Of a stretch of DNA of 58,524 bases, positions 9,229 to 20,039 are shown piece after piece. The notes below the pieces were generated by a model that was not told where the DNA came from, did not search any database, and was given only the letters and a program-made list of their open reading frames with translations. Position 1 is the first letter of the stretch, and every line of letters starts with the position of its first letter. The translations under genes and the position numbers were made by a program. Source of the DNA: Chloroflexota bacterium (GTDB lineage Bacteria > Chloroflexota > Limnocylindria > P2-11E); NCBI GenBank assembly GCA_005889445.1, contig VBGS01000095.1, positions 1 through 58,524 of the forward strand, written 5' to 3'.

Positions 9229-9305
9229 GTCCGATACAGAGTGTCGAGAGCCTGAGGGCGGGGCGGCGCGATCGGGTGCCGCTCCGCCAGCGGCGCGCTG
9301 CTCTC

Positions 9306-10157
9306 CTAGCTTGGTTCTGGGGAGCCGACGAACCGATCGACCTGATCGGCAAACGCCGCGAGATCGGTGACGCGCGTCTGGAGCTGGCTGTACACGTCGT
9401 CGATGTCGGTCTGTTCGCGATCGTAGGCGAGCAGGTTGCGCAGGTTGGCGAGGTGCTCGAGTCGGTATGCGAGCGCCCGCTCGATCACGCCCTGCTTGGC
9501 GATCGCATCGAGGATGTCGTGATACGCCTCGGGCTTCGCCAGCGCGAGCGCCGCGACCAGGTAGGCGCCGGTGCCGAAGAGGAGCTCGACGGCCTGCTGG
9601 AGATACCACTGGGCGAGCCCGTAAAGCTTCGGGTCGGCCTTGAACTTGGCGTGCTCGATCGGCCGCAGGTCGTTCAGCAGCATCGCGTACTCGCGCAGCC
9701 GCGCGAGCCGCGCGCGAACGTACTCGACGTCGATCGCGAAGCGGTCGCCGCGGGTGCGCTCGGCGAGCGCTTTCGACTGGACCTCGTCGTACTTCTTGAA
9801 CTCGAGGTACTCCATGACGGAACGCGTCTCGAATTGGACGCGCCGCTTCTCATCGCGTTGGTAGAGGAGGTTCCAGCTGCGGATGACCTGCGCCCGCTGC
9901 AGCAGCGACGCCTGGTTGAGGATCACCACGTCGAGACCCTCGGTCTCGAGCGTCTTGCTGAGCTCGGAGACGAAATAGACCTGGTACTCGAAGAACTCGC
10001 TCGCCTTCACCCCGCCCAGCAGGAGGAGCGCGATGTCCAGATCCTGGTACGACCCGGCGATGCGGCGACCGCTCGTGGTCCCCTGGGCGTAGGCCGCGTC
10101 GACCGGCGAGGTCTGGAAGAGGCTCTGTATCTGGGCCTGTCTCTCGAAGAGGTCCAT
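9306..10157 (-). CDS. fused minimal nucleotidyltransferase (MntA-like) plus HEPN/DUF86 (HepT-like) protein
   Basis: The N-terminal half has GTTSGRRIAGSYQDLDIALLL plus LDVVILNQASLL..LLYQRD, the MNT signature. The C-terminal half is DUF86-like and ends in LANLRNLLAYD, so the R-x4-H histidine is replaced by Tyr (nt 9423-9440). The ATG lies 2 nt after the purQ stop. Confidence 0.75.
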   Translation of the reverse strand: MDLFERQAQIQSLFQTSPVDAAYAQGTTSGRRIAGSYQDLDIALLLLGGVKASEFFEYQVYFVSELSKTLETEGLDVVILNQASLLQRAQVIRSWNLLYQRDEKRRVQFETRSVMEYLEFKKYDEVQSKALAERTRGDRFAIDVEYVRARLARLREYAMLLNDLRPIEHAKFKADPKLYGLAQWYLQQAVELLFGTGAYLVAALALAKPEAYHDILDAIAKQGVIERALAYRLEHLANLRNLLAYDREQTDIDDVYSQLQTRVTDLAAFADQVDRFVGSPEPS

Positions 10158-10159
10158 AC

Positions 10160-10873
10160 CTATCTATATAAAGCAGGCGCCGTGCCGTGCCGCACGCTTG
10201 TCAGGTTAGCGAGCATCCGATACCCATCCGTACCCCCGAGGAGACCTTCCGCACACCGTTCGGGGTGCGGCATGAGGCCGACGACGTTCCCAGCCTCGTT
10301 CGCGACCCCGGCGACATTGCCGAGCGAGCCGTTCGGATTGGCGTCCTCGGTCGCCGCGCCGCGCGCGTCCGCGTACCGGAAGACGACCTGTCCACTCGCC
10401 TCGACGCGCGCGAAGGTGTCGGGATCCGCGACCCAGCAGCCTTCCCCGTTGCCGATCGGCAGCTTCAGGACCGCGCCCGCGAGGGCGGTGGTGAACGGCG
10501 TGCGGTCGTTCTCGACGCGCACGTGAACCCAATCGCACCGGTAGCGCAGATCGCGATTGCGGATGAGCGCGCCGGGCAGGAGGCCCGCCTCGCAGAGGAT
10601 CTGGAACCCGTTGCAGCTGCCCAGCACCGCGCCGCCGTCCTCGGCGAAGCGGCGCAGCTCCCTCGTCGCGGGCGAGAGCTTCGCGATCGCGCCAGCGCGC
10701 AGGTAGTCGCCATAGCTGAATCCGCCGGGGACGATCGCGGCGTCGAAGCCCCGAAGGTCGGCGTCCTCATGCCAGAGGATCTCGCTCTCGATGCCGTCGA
10801 CGAGCGACAGCGCGTGCGCGAAATCACGCTCGCTCCAGGTGCCGGGGTACCGCAGTACGGCGACGCGCGTCAT
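10160..10873 (-). CDS. purQ: phosphoribosylformylglycinamidine synthase, glutaminase subunit
   Basis: MTRVAVLRYPGTWSERD...GSCNGFQILCEAGLLPG...MPHPER, the class I GATase triad. Confidence 0.95.
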   Translation of the reverse strand: MTRVAVLRYPGTWSERDFAHALSLVDGIESEILWHEDADLRGFDAAIVPGGFSYGDYLRAGAIAKLSPATRELRRFAEDGGAVLGSCNGFQILCEAGLLPGALIRNRDLRYRCDWVHVRVENDRTPFTTALAGAVLKLPIGNGEGCWVADPDTFARVEASGQVVFRYADARGAATEDANPNGSLGNVAGVANEAGNVVGLMPHPERCAEGLLGGTDGYRMLANLTSVRHGTAPALYR

Positions 10874-11139
10874 CCGACAGCGGCGCCGTCGCGTGCGAGC
10901 TCGACGTCCACTTCATACGACTCGATGACCGGGTTCGCGAGCAGCTGGTCCCCCATGCGCGCCGCCGCTTCCCGCGCGGCGCGCTCGTCCGGCGCCTCGA
11001 AGGTGACGTCGATCTCCTTGCCGGTGCGGACCTCGGCGACGTCGTGACCGAGCGAGCGGAGCGCCGCGAAGACGGCCTCCCCCTGCGGATCGCGCACCTC
11101 CGCCTTCGGCCGAACGACCACGCGCGCGATGAACCTCAT
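10870..11139 (-). CDS. purS: FGAM synthase subunit PurS
   Basis: [31 protein letters not shown]... ATG 11139 forms an ATGA overlap with the purC stop, and the purS stop overlaps the purQ start. Confidence 0.9.
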   Translation of the reverse strand: MRFIARVVVRPKAEVRDPQGEAVFAALRSLGHDVAEVRTGKEIDVTFEAPDERAAREAAARMGDQLLANPVIESYEVDVELARDGAAVG

Positions 11140-12023
11140 GCGAGCTCCTTCCCCACGATGCGGCGATAGCACTCGCGATAACGCTCACTCGTGCCGCGGA
11201 CGACCTCCTCGGGCAGCGCCGGCGCCGGCGGCTCCTTGTTCCAGCCGGTCTCGACGACGAAATCGCGAACGTACTGCTTGTCGTAGGACGCGGGCGAGCT
11301 GCCCGGCTTGTATGTGGCGGCATCCCAGTACCGCGATGAGTCCGGCGTGAGCATCTCATCGATGAGGACGATCCTGCCATCGTGAAACCCGAACTCGAAC
11401 TTCGTGTCCGCGAGGATGAGCCCCTGCGTCGCGGCATAGTCGTGCGCGAAGCGATAGAGCTCGAGCGTCAGGCGCTCGAGGTCGCGGGCGAGCTCGGTGC
11501 CCACGACGTTCGCGAGCTGAGCGCGGGTGATGTTCTGGTCGTGACCGCTCTCGGCCTTCGTCGCGGGGGTGAAGATCGGATCGGGCAGCTGCTCGGACTC
11601 GAGGAGCGCCCGCGGCAGCTTCTCGCCGGCGACGGTGCCGAGCGCCTTGTACTCGGTCCAGGCGGAGCCCGAGATGTAGCCGCGCGCGACGCACTCGATG
11701 TCGATCCGCTCGCAGTGCTCGACGAGCACCGCACGGCCGACGAGCGTCTTGTTCTCGCGGAATGCCCGCGGGAAGCGCCGCACGTCGGTGCTGATCAGGT
11801 GGTTGGGGACGATCTTCTCGGTCTTGCGGAACCAGAAATTCGAGATCTGGGTCAGCACGCGACCCTTGTCCGGTATCGGCGTCGGAAGCACGACGTCGAA
11901 CGCGGAGAGCCGGTCGCTCGCCACGATCACGAGCTTGTCCGCGCCGGCCTCGTATACGTCCCGGACCTTGCCGCGACGGAAGAGCGGCGCGCCCTGCACG
12001 CGCGACTCGAGGAGCACGCTCAT
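11136..12023 (-). CDS. purC: SAICAR synthetase
   Basis: [46 protein letters not shown]... ATG 12023 forms an ATGA overlap with the purB stop. Confidence 0.9.
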   Translation of the reverse strand: MSVLLESRVQGAPLFRRGKVRDVYEAGADKLVIVASDRLSAFDVVLPTPIPDKGRVLTQISNFWFRKTEKIVPNHLISTDVRRFPRAFRENKTLVGRAVLVEHCERIDIECVARGYISGSAWTEYKALGTVAGEKLPRALLESEQLPDPIFTPATKAESGHDQNITRAQLANVVGTELARDLERLTLELYRFAHDYAATQGLILADTKFEFGFHDGRIVLIDEMLTPDSSRYWDAATYKPGSSPASYDKQYVRDFVVETGWNKEPPAPALPEEVVRGTSERYRECYRRIVGKELA

Positions 12024-13426
12024 TCGGGGAGCACGCCCTTGAGCCGCTCGCGCCACGAAGACGCGACGTCTTTAGCGACCTGCGTCGCGAGGCCGCGGTA
12101 TTCCTCGGGCCGCTCGAGGATGCGCCGCTCGTCCGGGCTGAACTTCCTCAGGTACTCGCGCAGGTCGTTGTCGAGCGTCGCCACCTCAAGGAGCGTCCGG
12201 CCGCCGCGGTCGGCCTCGATGGTGAGCCGGCGCACCGCCTCGTGCGAGTCGGGATGGCCGTACTTCGCGAGAAGAACGTAGAGCGGCTCGGCGGCGATCG
12301 CGCAACGCGACATCGCGAGATTCGCCTTCAGGCGATCGCGGTCGACGCGCATGCCGTCGAGCGAGCTCGCGAGCCGGCCCGCCGCATAGGTCGTCGCGGC
12401 GAGGATCTCGCCCAGGAAGCGCTGCGAGGCCGAGTTGGTGAGGTCGCGCTGGTGCTCGCTGATCTGGTCCATGTAGGTGGTGATCATCCGCGGCGCCATC
12501 GCCTTCCATATCGACTTCACGTTCTCGAACGAGACCGGGTTGCGCTTGTGCGGCATGGTCGACGAGCCGACTTGCTCCGCGGCGAACGACTCGGCGACCT
12601 CGCCGATCTCGCTGCGCTGCAGCTGACGCATGTCGTCGGCGAGGTTGGCCATCACGCCGAGCGCGCTGATGCAGGCGTGCGCGAGGTCGGTCCACCCTTC
12701 GGGCGGGACGATCTGCGTCGAGACCGGCGCCGCGTGAAGGCCGAGGCTCGCGAGGAAGCGGCGCTCGAGCGCGCGCGGATCATCGGCGAGCAGGGCCAGC
12801 GCGTTGAAGGCGCCGACCGCGCCCGAGAGCTTGCCGGGCAGGCGCCGGGCCGCCAGGCGCAGCTGCTCGAGGCGGTCGCCAAGACGCGCGACGTACTCGG
12901 CCATCGCGAATCCGAACGTCACCGGCTCGGCATGCCGACCGTGGGTGCGGCCGATCTGGGCGGTCTCGGCCTCGGCCTCCGCGATCGAGATGCACTTCGC
13001 GATGAGCACGGCGATGGTCGGCACCAATACCCGCTCGACGCACTCGCGGTAGCGGAGCGCGTTCGCGGTGTCGACGATGTCGTAGCTCGTCGCGCCGAGA
13101 TGGACGAACCGCTTGGCGTCGTCGGGGACCTGCGCGCGGATCACGTTCACGAGGGCGCGCACATCGTGTCGCGTGCGCGTCTCCTCCTCGGCGACCTCCT
13201 GCGCGGTGATGCGATCGGCCGCGCTCGCGATCGCGTTCGCGACCTGCTTGTCCGCGATGCCCAGGTCCGCGAGGGCCAGCGCGAGCGCGCCCTCGACGCG
13301 CGCCTGGTACTTGATCCCGGCCGCGGCGGACAGATAGGGATGAAGGGCCTTGTAGAGGACCGGGTCGCCGCCGTAGAAGCGCGAATCCAGCGGCGAGACC
13401 GTGTCGAAGCGGTTGGTGATGGTCAT
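12020..13426 (-). CDS. purB: adenylosuccinate lyase
   Basis: [19 protein letters not shown]... with the fumarate-lyase signature [14 protein letters not shown] 13426 forms an ATGA overlap with the purE stop. The 671-aa track ORF is an over-extension. Confidence 0.9.
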   Translation of the reverse strand: MTITNRFDTVSPLDSRFYGGDPVLYKALHPYLSAAAGIKYQARVEGALALALADLGIADKQVANAIASAADRITAQEVAEEETRTRHDVRALVNVIRAQVPDDAKRFVHLGATSYDIVDTANALRYRECVERVLVPTIAVLIAKCISIAEAEAETAQIGRTHGRHAEPVTFGFAMAEYVARLGDRLEQLRLAARRLPGKLSGAVGAFNALALLADDPRALERRFLASLGLHAAPVSTQIVPPEGWTDLAHACISALGVMANLADDMRQLQRSEIGEVAESFAAEQVGSSTMPHKRNPVSFENVKSIWKAMAPRMITTYMDQISEHQRDLTNSASQRFLGEILAATTYAAGRLASSLDGMRVDRDRLKANLAMSRCAIAAEPLYVLLAKYGHPDSHEAVRRLTIEADRGGRTLLEVATLDNDLREYLRKFSPDERRILERPEEYRGLATQVAKDVASSWRERLKGVLPE

Positions 13427-13902
13427 CGCGCCAGGACTTTTGCGGCCATGTCGTCGCGCATCGCCCGAAGGCGCGCGGCGAGCGCGTCGTCGGACACGGC
13501 GAGGATCTCGGCCGCGAGGATCCCGGCGTTCGCGGCTCCGGCGTCGCCGACCGCGACGGTGGCGACCGGAACGCCGCGTGGCATCTGCACCGTCGAAAGG
13601 AGCGCGTCGAGCCCGCCGGCGATCGCGTTCGGCGCGGCGAGCGGCACCCCGATCACCGGCAGCGTCGTCAGCGCCGCGACCGCTCCAGCCAGATGCGCGG
13701 CGCCACCGGCGCCGCAGATGACGACCCGGATACCGCGGGGCTGGAGCGAGGCGACCCACTCGCGGAGCGCGTCGGGCGTGCGGTGCGCCGAGAGGACGCG
13801 CGTCTCGGCCTCGATGCCGAGCGCCTCGAGCGTCTCGGCGGCGAAATGCATCGTGGCCTGATCCGACGCGGAGCCCATGACGATCGCGACGCGTGAGCTC
13901 AT
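13423..13902 (-). CDS. purE: N5-CAIR mutase / AIR carboxylase catalytic subunit
   Basis: [14 protein letters not shown]...[26 protein letters not shown]. Confidence 0.9.
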   Translation of the reverse strand: MSSRVAIVMGSASDQATMHFAAETLEALGIEAETRVLSAHRTPDALREWVASLQPRGIRVVICGAGGAAHLAGAVAALTTLPVIGVPLAAPNAIAGGLDALLSTVQMPRGVPVATVAVGDAGAANAGILAAEILAVSDDALAARLRAMRDDMAAKVLAR

Positions 13903-15257
13903 GCGACCGCAACCTCCTGCCGCGCGATATCCGAACGATAGAACTTGCCTTCGAAGCTGACGCGCTCCGCGCCCAGATACGCGCGGTCACGCGCCTCGCT
14001 GAGATTCGCGCCGGTCCCGACGATGTGGATCGCACGACCGCCGCTCACGACCGTGCCTCCGGTCGGATCGCGACGCGTGGCTCCGTGAAAGCTGAACACG
14101 CCTTCGGGCAGTCGATCGAGCCCGTCGATGCGCATGCCTGTCTTCGGCGTGCCCGGATAGTTCTCCGCGCAGAGCACGACGTCGACGAACGCGCGGTCCG
14201 AGAAGCGGACCGGGTTCTCGGCGACGTACGCGGCGAGCTTTCCCTCGCCGAGCGCGACGAGCAACCGGGCGAAGTCGCCCTCGATCCGCGGCAGCGTGAC
14301 CTCGGCCTCGGGATCTCCGAAACGCGCGTTGTACTCGAGGACGCGCCATCCGCGATCGGTCCTGATGAGTCCCGCGTAGAGCACCCCGCGATAGTCGACG
14401 CCGCGCTTCCTCAGCGTCCTGGCGATCGGCGCGATGAGCGCGTCCGCGACGGGCTGCGCCTCGTGATCGGGAAGGACCGCCGTCGGGGAGAACGCGCCCA
14501 TCCCGCCGGTGTTCGGGCCGGTGTCGCCGTCGCCAACACGCTTGTGATCGCGAGCCGGAGGCAGCGCGACGACCGTTTCGCCGTCGACGAGCGCTTGTAG
14601 GGAGGCCTCATCACCCTCGAGCAGCTCCTCGAGCAGCACGGGCCCGCCCGAGATCGGCGGCGAGCCGAGCGCCTCGCGCGCGTCGTCGGCAGACCGCGCG
14701 ACGACCACGCCCTTCCCGAGCGCTAGGCCATCCGCCTTCACCACGACAGGCCCGCCCCAGCGATCCAGGGCCTCCCGGGCCGCGGCCGCGTCCGCGAACG
14801 CCTCCCAGCGCGCGGTCGGCACGCCGGCCTCGTCCATGAGCTCTTTCGCGTAGCGCTTCGACCACTCGACCCTCGACGCCTCGCGGGACGCGCCGACGAC
14901 CGCGATGCCCGAACGCCTCAGGACGTCCCCGATCCCCGCCGCGATGAGCTCGTCCGTACCCACCACGGCGAGGTCGATGTGCGACGCGACGATGTGCTCC
15001 TCGAGACGGCCGACATCGTCCGGCCTGAAATCGACAAGGCGAGTGAACAACGACATACCCGCGTTGCCCGGCGTGATGTCGATCGTGGTGACGCTCGCGC
15101 AGTTCGCGAGCCGCCAGGCGATCGCGTACTCGCGGCCACCGCCGCCCAGCACGAGACAGTTCAGCCCGGGCGCGCCCGGCGACCGTCCCGGGCTGCGTTG
15201 CCGACGGTGCTCCCAGATCTTCTGGTGCACGCGCTCGCCGCGCAGCATGTCCCTCAC
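13899..15257 (-). CDS. purD: phosphoribosylamine-glycine ligase
   Basis: ...[16 protein letters not shown]... with an ATP-grasp body and a C-terminal ...[11 protein letters not shown]. The start is uncertain: GTG 15257, ATG 15248, or an internal start nearer the GGGG motif. Confidence 0.85.
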   Translation of the reverse strand: MRDMLRGERVHQKIWEHRRQRSPGRSPGAPGLNCLVLGGGGREYAIAWRLANCASVTTIDITPGNAGMSLFTRLVDFRPDDVGRLEEHIVASHIDLAVVGTDELIAAGIGDVLRRSGIAVVGASREASRVEWSKRYAKELMDEAGVPTARWEAFADAAAAREALDRWGGPVVVKADGLALGKGVVVARSADDAREALGSPPISGGPVLLEELLEGDEASLQALVDGETVVALPPARDHKRVGDGDTGPNTGGMGAFSPTAVLPDHEAQPVADALIAPIARTLRKRGVDYRGVLYAGLIRTDRGWRVLEYNARFGDPEAEVTLPRIEGDFARLLVALGEGKLAAYVAENPVRFSDRAFVDVVLCAENYPGTPKTGMRIDGLDRLPEGVFSFHGATRRDPTGGTVVSGGRAIHIVGTGANLSEARDRAYLGAERVSFEGKFYRSDIARQEVAVA

Positions 15258-15270
15258 CGGGCCCGCTCGC

Positions 15271-16875
15271 TCATTCCCACTCGATCGTCGCCGGAGGCTT
15301 CGATGAGATGTCGTAGACGACGCGGTTCACGCCGGGGACCTCGTTCACGATCCGCGCCGACACGCGCTCGAGCAGGTCGTAGGGCAGGCGCGCCCAGTCG
15401 GCGGTCATGAAGTCCTGTGTCGCGACCGCTCGCAGCGCGACGAGTGAACCGTAGGTGCGATAGTCGCCCTGCACCCCGACGCTGCGCACCGGCGTGAGCA
15501 CCGCGAATGCCTGCGCGACCTGCCGGTAGAGGTCCGCGGCGCGCAGCTCCTCGAGGAAGATCGCGTCGGCGCGGCGCAGCGTGTCCAGACGCTCCGTATC
15601 GATCGGTCCGACCACCCGCACCGCGAGCCCGGGACCGGGGAACGGATGACGCCACAGGATGTCCTCGGGCAATCCGAGCTCAGCGCCGACGAGGCGGACC
15701 TCGTCCTTGAAGAGCCGCTGCAGCGGCTCGACGACCTCGAGCGCCATCACCTCGGGCAGACCGCCCACGTTGTGGTGGGTCTTGATGCGGGCGCTCGTCT
15801 TCGATTCGCGCGACCGCGACTCGATCACGTCGGGATAGATCGTCCCCTGCACAAGAAGCCCCTTGCGATCGCCGCCTTCGGCGATGAAGCCCTCCTGCCG
15901 CGCCGCGCGCTCGAACGTTCGGATGAACTCCTCGCCGATGATCGCGCGCTTCCGCTCGGGGTCATCGACGCCGGCGAGCTTCGCGAGGAACACGTCGGCG
16001 GCGCGCACCGTGTGAAGGCGGATGCGTGGACCGAACGCGGCGATCACCTCCTCGGCCTCGTTCTCGCGCAGCAGCCCCGTGTCGACGAAGACGCAGGTGA
16101 GTCGGTCGCCGATCGCGCGCGCGACGAGCGTCGCGGCGACCGCCGAGTCCACGCCACCCGACAGCGCGCAGATGGCGCTGCGGTCGCCGATGCGGCGCCG
16201 CAGGTCGGCGACCGCTTCATCGATGAACGCGGCCGGGGTCCAGTCGCCGGTCGCGCCGCACACGCGGTACAGGAAGTTCCGCAGGACCTCCGCGCCATGC
16301 GGTGTGTGCGCGACCTCAGGATGGAACTGCACCGCCCAGCGATTGGAGCCGTCGGTCATCGCCGCGATCGGCACGGTGGGCGTGCTGGCGATCGTCGTGA
16401 ATCCCGTCGGCGGGCGGCGAACGGTGTCGCCGTGACTCACCCACGCCCGCTCGGTGCGTGCGAGCCCCTCGAAGATGCCGGTGCGATCCGCGATCTCGAC
16501 GGTGGCGGGCCCGTACTCGCGCTTTCCTTCGGCGACGACGTCGCCGCCCAGGTCCCGCGCCATGAGCTGCATGCCGTAACAGATCCCGAGCACCGGCATG
16601 GTGCCGCCGAGGATGGACGGATCGACGCCCGGCGCGCCGGGCTCATAGACGCTCGCCGGTCCGCCGGAAAGGATGACGCCGATAACGCCCTTCGCCCGCA
16701 GCCCCTCGAGCGTGACATCGTGCGCGAAGATCTCGCAGTACACGCGAGACTCGCGCACCCGGCGCGCGATGAGCTGGGTGTACTGCGAGCCGAAGTCCAG
16801 GATCGCGATCGTCGCGCGCCGGGACGGGCCGGTTCCCGCCCCGGTCTCGGGGCGGACGGCTTGCGAGCGGGTCAT
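15271..16875 (-). CDS. guaA: GMP synthase (glutamine-hydrolysing)
   Basis: MTRSQAV...[20 protein letters not shown]...GICYGMQL...[10 protein letters not shown]...ATIEWE. ATG 16875 lies 5 nt after the guaB stop. The 664-aa track ORF is an over-extension. Confidence 0.9.
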   Translation of the reverse strand: MTRSQAVRPETGAGTGPSRRATIAILDFGSQYTQLIARRVRESRVYCEIFAHDVTLEGLRAKGVIGVILSGGPASVYEPGAPGVDPSILGGTMPVLGICYGMQLMARDLGGDVVAEGKREYGPATVEIADRTGIFEGLARTERAWVSHGDTVRRPPTGFTTIASTPTVPIAAMTDGSNRWAVQFHPEVAHTPHGAEVLRNFLYRVCGATGDWTPAAFIDEAVADLRRRIGDRSAICALSGGVDSAVAATLVARAIGDRLTCVFVDTGLLRENEAEEVIAAFGPRIRLHTVRAADVFLAKLAGVDDPERKRAIIGEEFIRTFERAARQEGFIAEGGDRKGLLVQGTIYPDVIESRSRESKTSARIKTHHNVGGLPEVMALEVVEPLQRLFKDEVRLVGAELGLPEDILWRHPFPGPGLAVRVVGPIDTERLDTLRRADAIFLEELRAADLYRQVAQAFAVLTPVRSVGVQGDYRTYGSLVALRAVATQDFMTADWARLPYDLLERVSARIVNEVPGVNRVVYDISSKPPATIEWE

Positions 16876-16879
16876 GAGA

Positions 16880-17992
16880 TTAGGCCCGGACCCGGTAGTT
16901 CGGCGCTTCGGTCGTGATCCGCACGTCGTGCGGATGCGACTCGCGCAGGCCCGCGCCCGAGATGCGTACGAACCGCGCGTTCGCGCGCAGGTCGTCGATG
17001 TTCGCCGCGCCAGCGTAGCCCATGCCCGCGCGAAGACCGCCCACCAGCTGGTGCACGAGCGGCGCGAGCGGACCCTGCACGCGCACGCGTCCCTCGATGC
17101 CTTCCGGCACCAGCTTCGAGAACTCGCCGACGTCCTGCTGCCCGTAGCGGTCGCGCGAGACACCGCTGCCCGAGCCGCGAGCCTGCATCGCCCCGAGAGA
17201 GCCCATCCCGCGGAACGACTTGAAGCGTCCCTCACCCGTTTCGACGACGTCGCCAGGCGCCTCATCGACGCCGGCGAGGAGGCCGCCGAGCATCACCGTC
17301 GACGCGCCGGCGCCGATCGCCTTGGTGATGTCGCCTGAGTGCTGGATCCCGCCGTCCGCGCAGACCGGTATGCCGTGCCGATCCGCGGCCTCGGCGCAGT
17401 CGAACACCGCGGTGATCTGCGGCATCCCCGCCCCCGCGACGATCCGCGTGGTGCAGATGGCGCCCGGACCCATGCCTACCTTCACGCAATCGGCGCCCGC
17501 GGCGATCAGCTCCTCGGTGCCCTCGGCGGTCGCGACGTTGCCCGCGATGACCTGCACGCGGTGCCGGGCCTTCACCTTCTCGACCATGCGGATGACCGCG
17601 GCGGAGTGACCGTGCGCCGTGTCCACCACGATCACATCGACACCGGCCGCGACGAGCGCGGCTGCTCGCTCGTCCGCGTCGGCGGCGACGCCCACCGCGG
17701 CGCCGACGAGCACGTCCGCGTCCTTGGCGCGCCGGACCTCGGCGACCTGATCGGCGATGGAAAAGTTGCGGTGGATCACGCCGAGGCCGCCGAGACGACC
17801 GAGCGCGATGGTCATCGTCGCGTCGCAGACCGTGTCCATCGCCGCGGCGAGGAGCGGGATGTCGAGGCGGATCTCGTTCGTGAGTCGGGTCTCGGTCGAG
17901 ACCTGGGTCGGGAGGATGTCGCTGCGGGCCGGGATGAGGAGGACGTCGTCGAAGGTGAGACCTTCTTTGGCGAACTTCTCTCCCCGGTTCAA
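16880..17992 (-). CDS. guaB: IMP dehydrogenase without the CBS/Bateman subdomain
   Basis: [11 protein letters not shown]...[31 protein letters not shown]..., catalytic loop [12 protein letters not shown], then ...GGIQHSGD...ESHPHDV. Only 370 aa. TTG start with a GAAGGAG RBS. Confidence 0.85.
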   Translation of the reverse strand: MNRGEKFAKEGLTFDDVLLIPARSDILPTQVSTETRLTNEIRLDIPLLAAAMDTVCDATMTIALGRLGGLGVIHRNFSIADQVAEVRRAKDADVLVGAAVGVAADADERAAALVAAGVDVIVVDTAHGHSAAVIRMVEKVKARHRVQVIAGNVATAEGTEELIAAGADCVKVGMGPGAICTTRIVAGAGMPQITAVFDCAEAADRHGIPVCADGGIQHSGDITKAIGAGASTVMLGGLLAGVDEAPGDVVETGEGRFKSFRGMGSLGAMQARGSGSGVSRDRYGQQDVGEFSKLVPEGIEGRVRVQGPLAPLVHQLVGGLRAGMGYAGAANIDDLRANARFVRISGAGLRESHPHDVRITTEAPNYRVRA

Positions 17993-18064
17993 TCTGACTC
18001 CTTCGTGGGGCTGGCCCCACGCCCCTCACTCTCCTCGGCGGAAGGTACAGGTTTCTTCCTTAGA

Positions 18065-19327
18065 TTAGAGGATGGTGGCCTCGCGTTCGGGTCCGACGCC
18101 CACCATCCCGATCGGCGCCCCCACCGTCTCCTCGATACGGGTGAGGTAGGCACGGGCGTTCGCGGGAAGCGCGCGACGCTCGGCCGCATGCGCGATCGAG
18201 GTATTCCACCCGGCGAGCGTCTCGTAGCAGGGCTTGACGCGCTCGAGCGCGTGCGTCGTGGGCATGTCGCACGTCGACGCGCCATCGAGTTCGTACCGGG
18301 TGCAGAACGGGATGCGCTCGTAGACATCGAGGACGTCCAGCTTCGTCACCGCGATCTCGGTGAACGCGTTGAGCCGGTGCGCGTGCCGGGCAGCGATCGC
18401 GTCGAACCAGCCCACGCGGCGCGGCCGGCCGGTCGTGGCGCCGTATTCATGCGCGCGCTCGCGAAGGTCGTGCGCCTCTTGACCGTGGAGCTCGGTCGGG
18501 AAGGGGCCCTCGCCGACCGCGGTCGAGTAGGCCTTCACGACGCCGATGACCCGCGTGATCTTGCGGGGTGGGATCCCCGCACCGACCGAGCCGCCCCCCG
18601 CGAGCGGGTTCGAGCTCGTGACGTACGGATAGATGCCCCAGTCGAGGTCCCGCATCGCGCCCAGCTGGCCCTCCAGGAGGACGCGCGCATCGGTCGCTAT
18701 CGCACGCTCGACCAGCGGCAACGTGTCCACGATTCGGTCGCCCAGCGTCGACGCGGCGGCCAGCACCACGTCCGCGACCTCACGCGGATCGAGCGGCGCG
18801 TCGCCGAAGCGCTCGAGGATCGCGTTCTTCGTGTCGAGCTCGCGGGCGACGCGTTCGCGGAAGCGCTCGGGGTCACGGACCTCGTAGACCTGGATCCCAT
18901 GACGACCGACCTTGTCCGAGTAAGCCGGCCCGACACCCATTCCGGTCGTCCCGAGCCTCCGCCGTCCGCGCTCGCGCTCGTCAAGACGATCGAGCGCGAT
19001 GTGATACGGCATGAGCAGGTGGGCGCGGTCGGAGACGCGCAGGTTCGTCGTCGCGATGCCGGCCTTCTCGAGCTCGGCGAGCTCGCGACACAGGAAGGGA
19101 AGATCGACGACGGTGCCCGGACCGAGGACGCACACCGCGTTCGGATTGAAGATGCCGCTCGGGACGAGATGGAGCTTGAAGGTGCCGTGATCGTTGACGA
19201 CGGTGTGCCCGGCGTTGTTGCCGCCCTGGAACCGGATGACCACGTCCGCCTCCTGCGCCAGGAGGTCGGTGATCTTTCCTTTGCCTTCGTCGCCCCACTG
19301 CGCGCCGACGATGGCGGTCACGGGCAC
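18065..19327 (-). CDS. purA: adenylosuccinate synthetase
   Basis: VPVTAIVGAQWGDEGKGKITDLL...FQGGNNAGHTV. I chose GTG 19327 so the gene does not overlap the upstream DUF218 gene. The track ORF extends to 19426. Confidence 0.85.
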   Translation of the reverse strand: MPVTAIVGAQWGDEGKGKITDLLAQEADVVIRFQGGNNAGHTVVNDHGTFKLHLVPSGIFNPNAVCVLGPGTVVDLPFLCRELAELEKAGIATTNLRVSDRAHLLMPYHIALDRLDERERGRRRLGTTGMGVGPAYSDKVGRHGIQVYEVRDPERFRERVARELDTKNAILERFGDAPLDPREVADVVLAAASTLGDRIVDTLPLVERAIATDARVLLEGQLGAMRDLDWGIYPYVTSSNPLAGGGSVGAGIPPRKITRVIGVVKAYSTAVGEGPFPTELHGQEAHDLRERAHEYGATTGRPRRVGWFDAIAARHAHRLNAFTEIAVTKLDVLDVYERIPFCTRYELDGASTCDMPTTHALERVKPCYETLAGWNTSIAHAAERRALPANARAYLTRIEETVGAPIGMVGVGPEREATIL

Positions 19328-19338
19328 GTGTATGAATG

Positions 19339-19932
19339 CTAGCCCGCGCGCTGCCCCGCGACCAGCGCTCCGAGCTTCGCGAGCTCGACCAGCGTGCGGG
19401 CGCGTGACGGATCGCGCGTCCACCACACGTTGGCATCCCAGTCCGGATCGTCCGCCGGATGATTGCGGAACGTGATCCCGCCTCGCCGATCGAACTCGCG
19501 CTCGAACAGGATCGACGCGCGGCGCTGGTGATACGGGCTCGTGACGAGGATCGCCGTCCGCAGATTGCGCGCGTGCATAAGCTCGGCGACGTTCGCCGCG
19601 TTCTCCTCAGTGGTCGCCGACTCCGGCTCGGTAAGGATCGCGTCCGCGGGGACGCCCGCCGCGACCGCGGCGCGCTTCATGAGCTCGGCCGACGCGACCG
19701 ACTGCGGGTCCTGCGACGCGCCCGAGAAGATGAGGACGGGTGCGTAGCCCTGCTTCCAGAGCGCGACCGCGCTGTCGGTGCGCGCGCCGGTGTCGCCCGA
19801 GATCGCGATGATCGCGTCGACGTGGGCGATCGGATCCGCGACCGCCAGATAGTGGCCGACGCCGGCCAGCGCGACGATCACGCTTGCCGCCCCGAGGACG
19901 AAACCGAAAAGAAACCGCCTCATCCCCGTCAA
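19339..19932 (-). CDS. YdcF/SanA/ElyC (DUF218) family protein with N-terminal TM
   Basis: ...DAIIAISGDTGARTDSAVALWKQGYAPVLIFSG...TEPESATTEENAANV...ILVTSPYHQRRA. Confidence 0.75.
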   Translation of the reverse strand: MTGMRRFLFGFVLGAASVIVALAGVGHYLAVADPIAHVDAIIAISGDTGARTDSAVALWKQGYAPVLIFSGASQDPQSVASAELMKRAAVAAGVPADAILTEPESATTEENAANVAELMHARNLRTAILVTSPYHQRRASILFEREFDRRGGITFRNHPADDPDWDANVWWTRDPSRARTLVELAKLGALVAGQRAG

Positions 19933-20039
19933 GCGTGCAGGAAAGAAGCCGATCGGTACAGGCTCAGCAATTTGATCTAGTCCTCGCTGCGGATGCGCTC
20001 AGTCAACTGATGCGTCTAGCGTCCCGCGAAGGAAACAGG

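Noticed and set aside
9256-9287. GGCGGGGCGGC-N10-GCCGCTCCGCC hairpin between the convergent ABM and MNT-HEPN genes
   Set aside because: It is plausible as a bidirectional terminator, but it has no U/A tracts and such stems are common in GC-rich DNA. It is left unannotated.
18005-18020. GTGGGG-ctgg-CCCCAC hairpin between purA and guaB
   Set aside because: The stem is only 6 bp and sits immediately upstream of the guaB RBS. It could be an attenuator, but there is no supporting feature.
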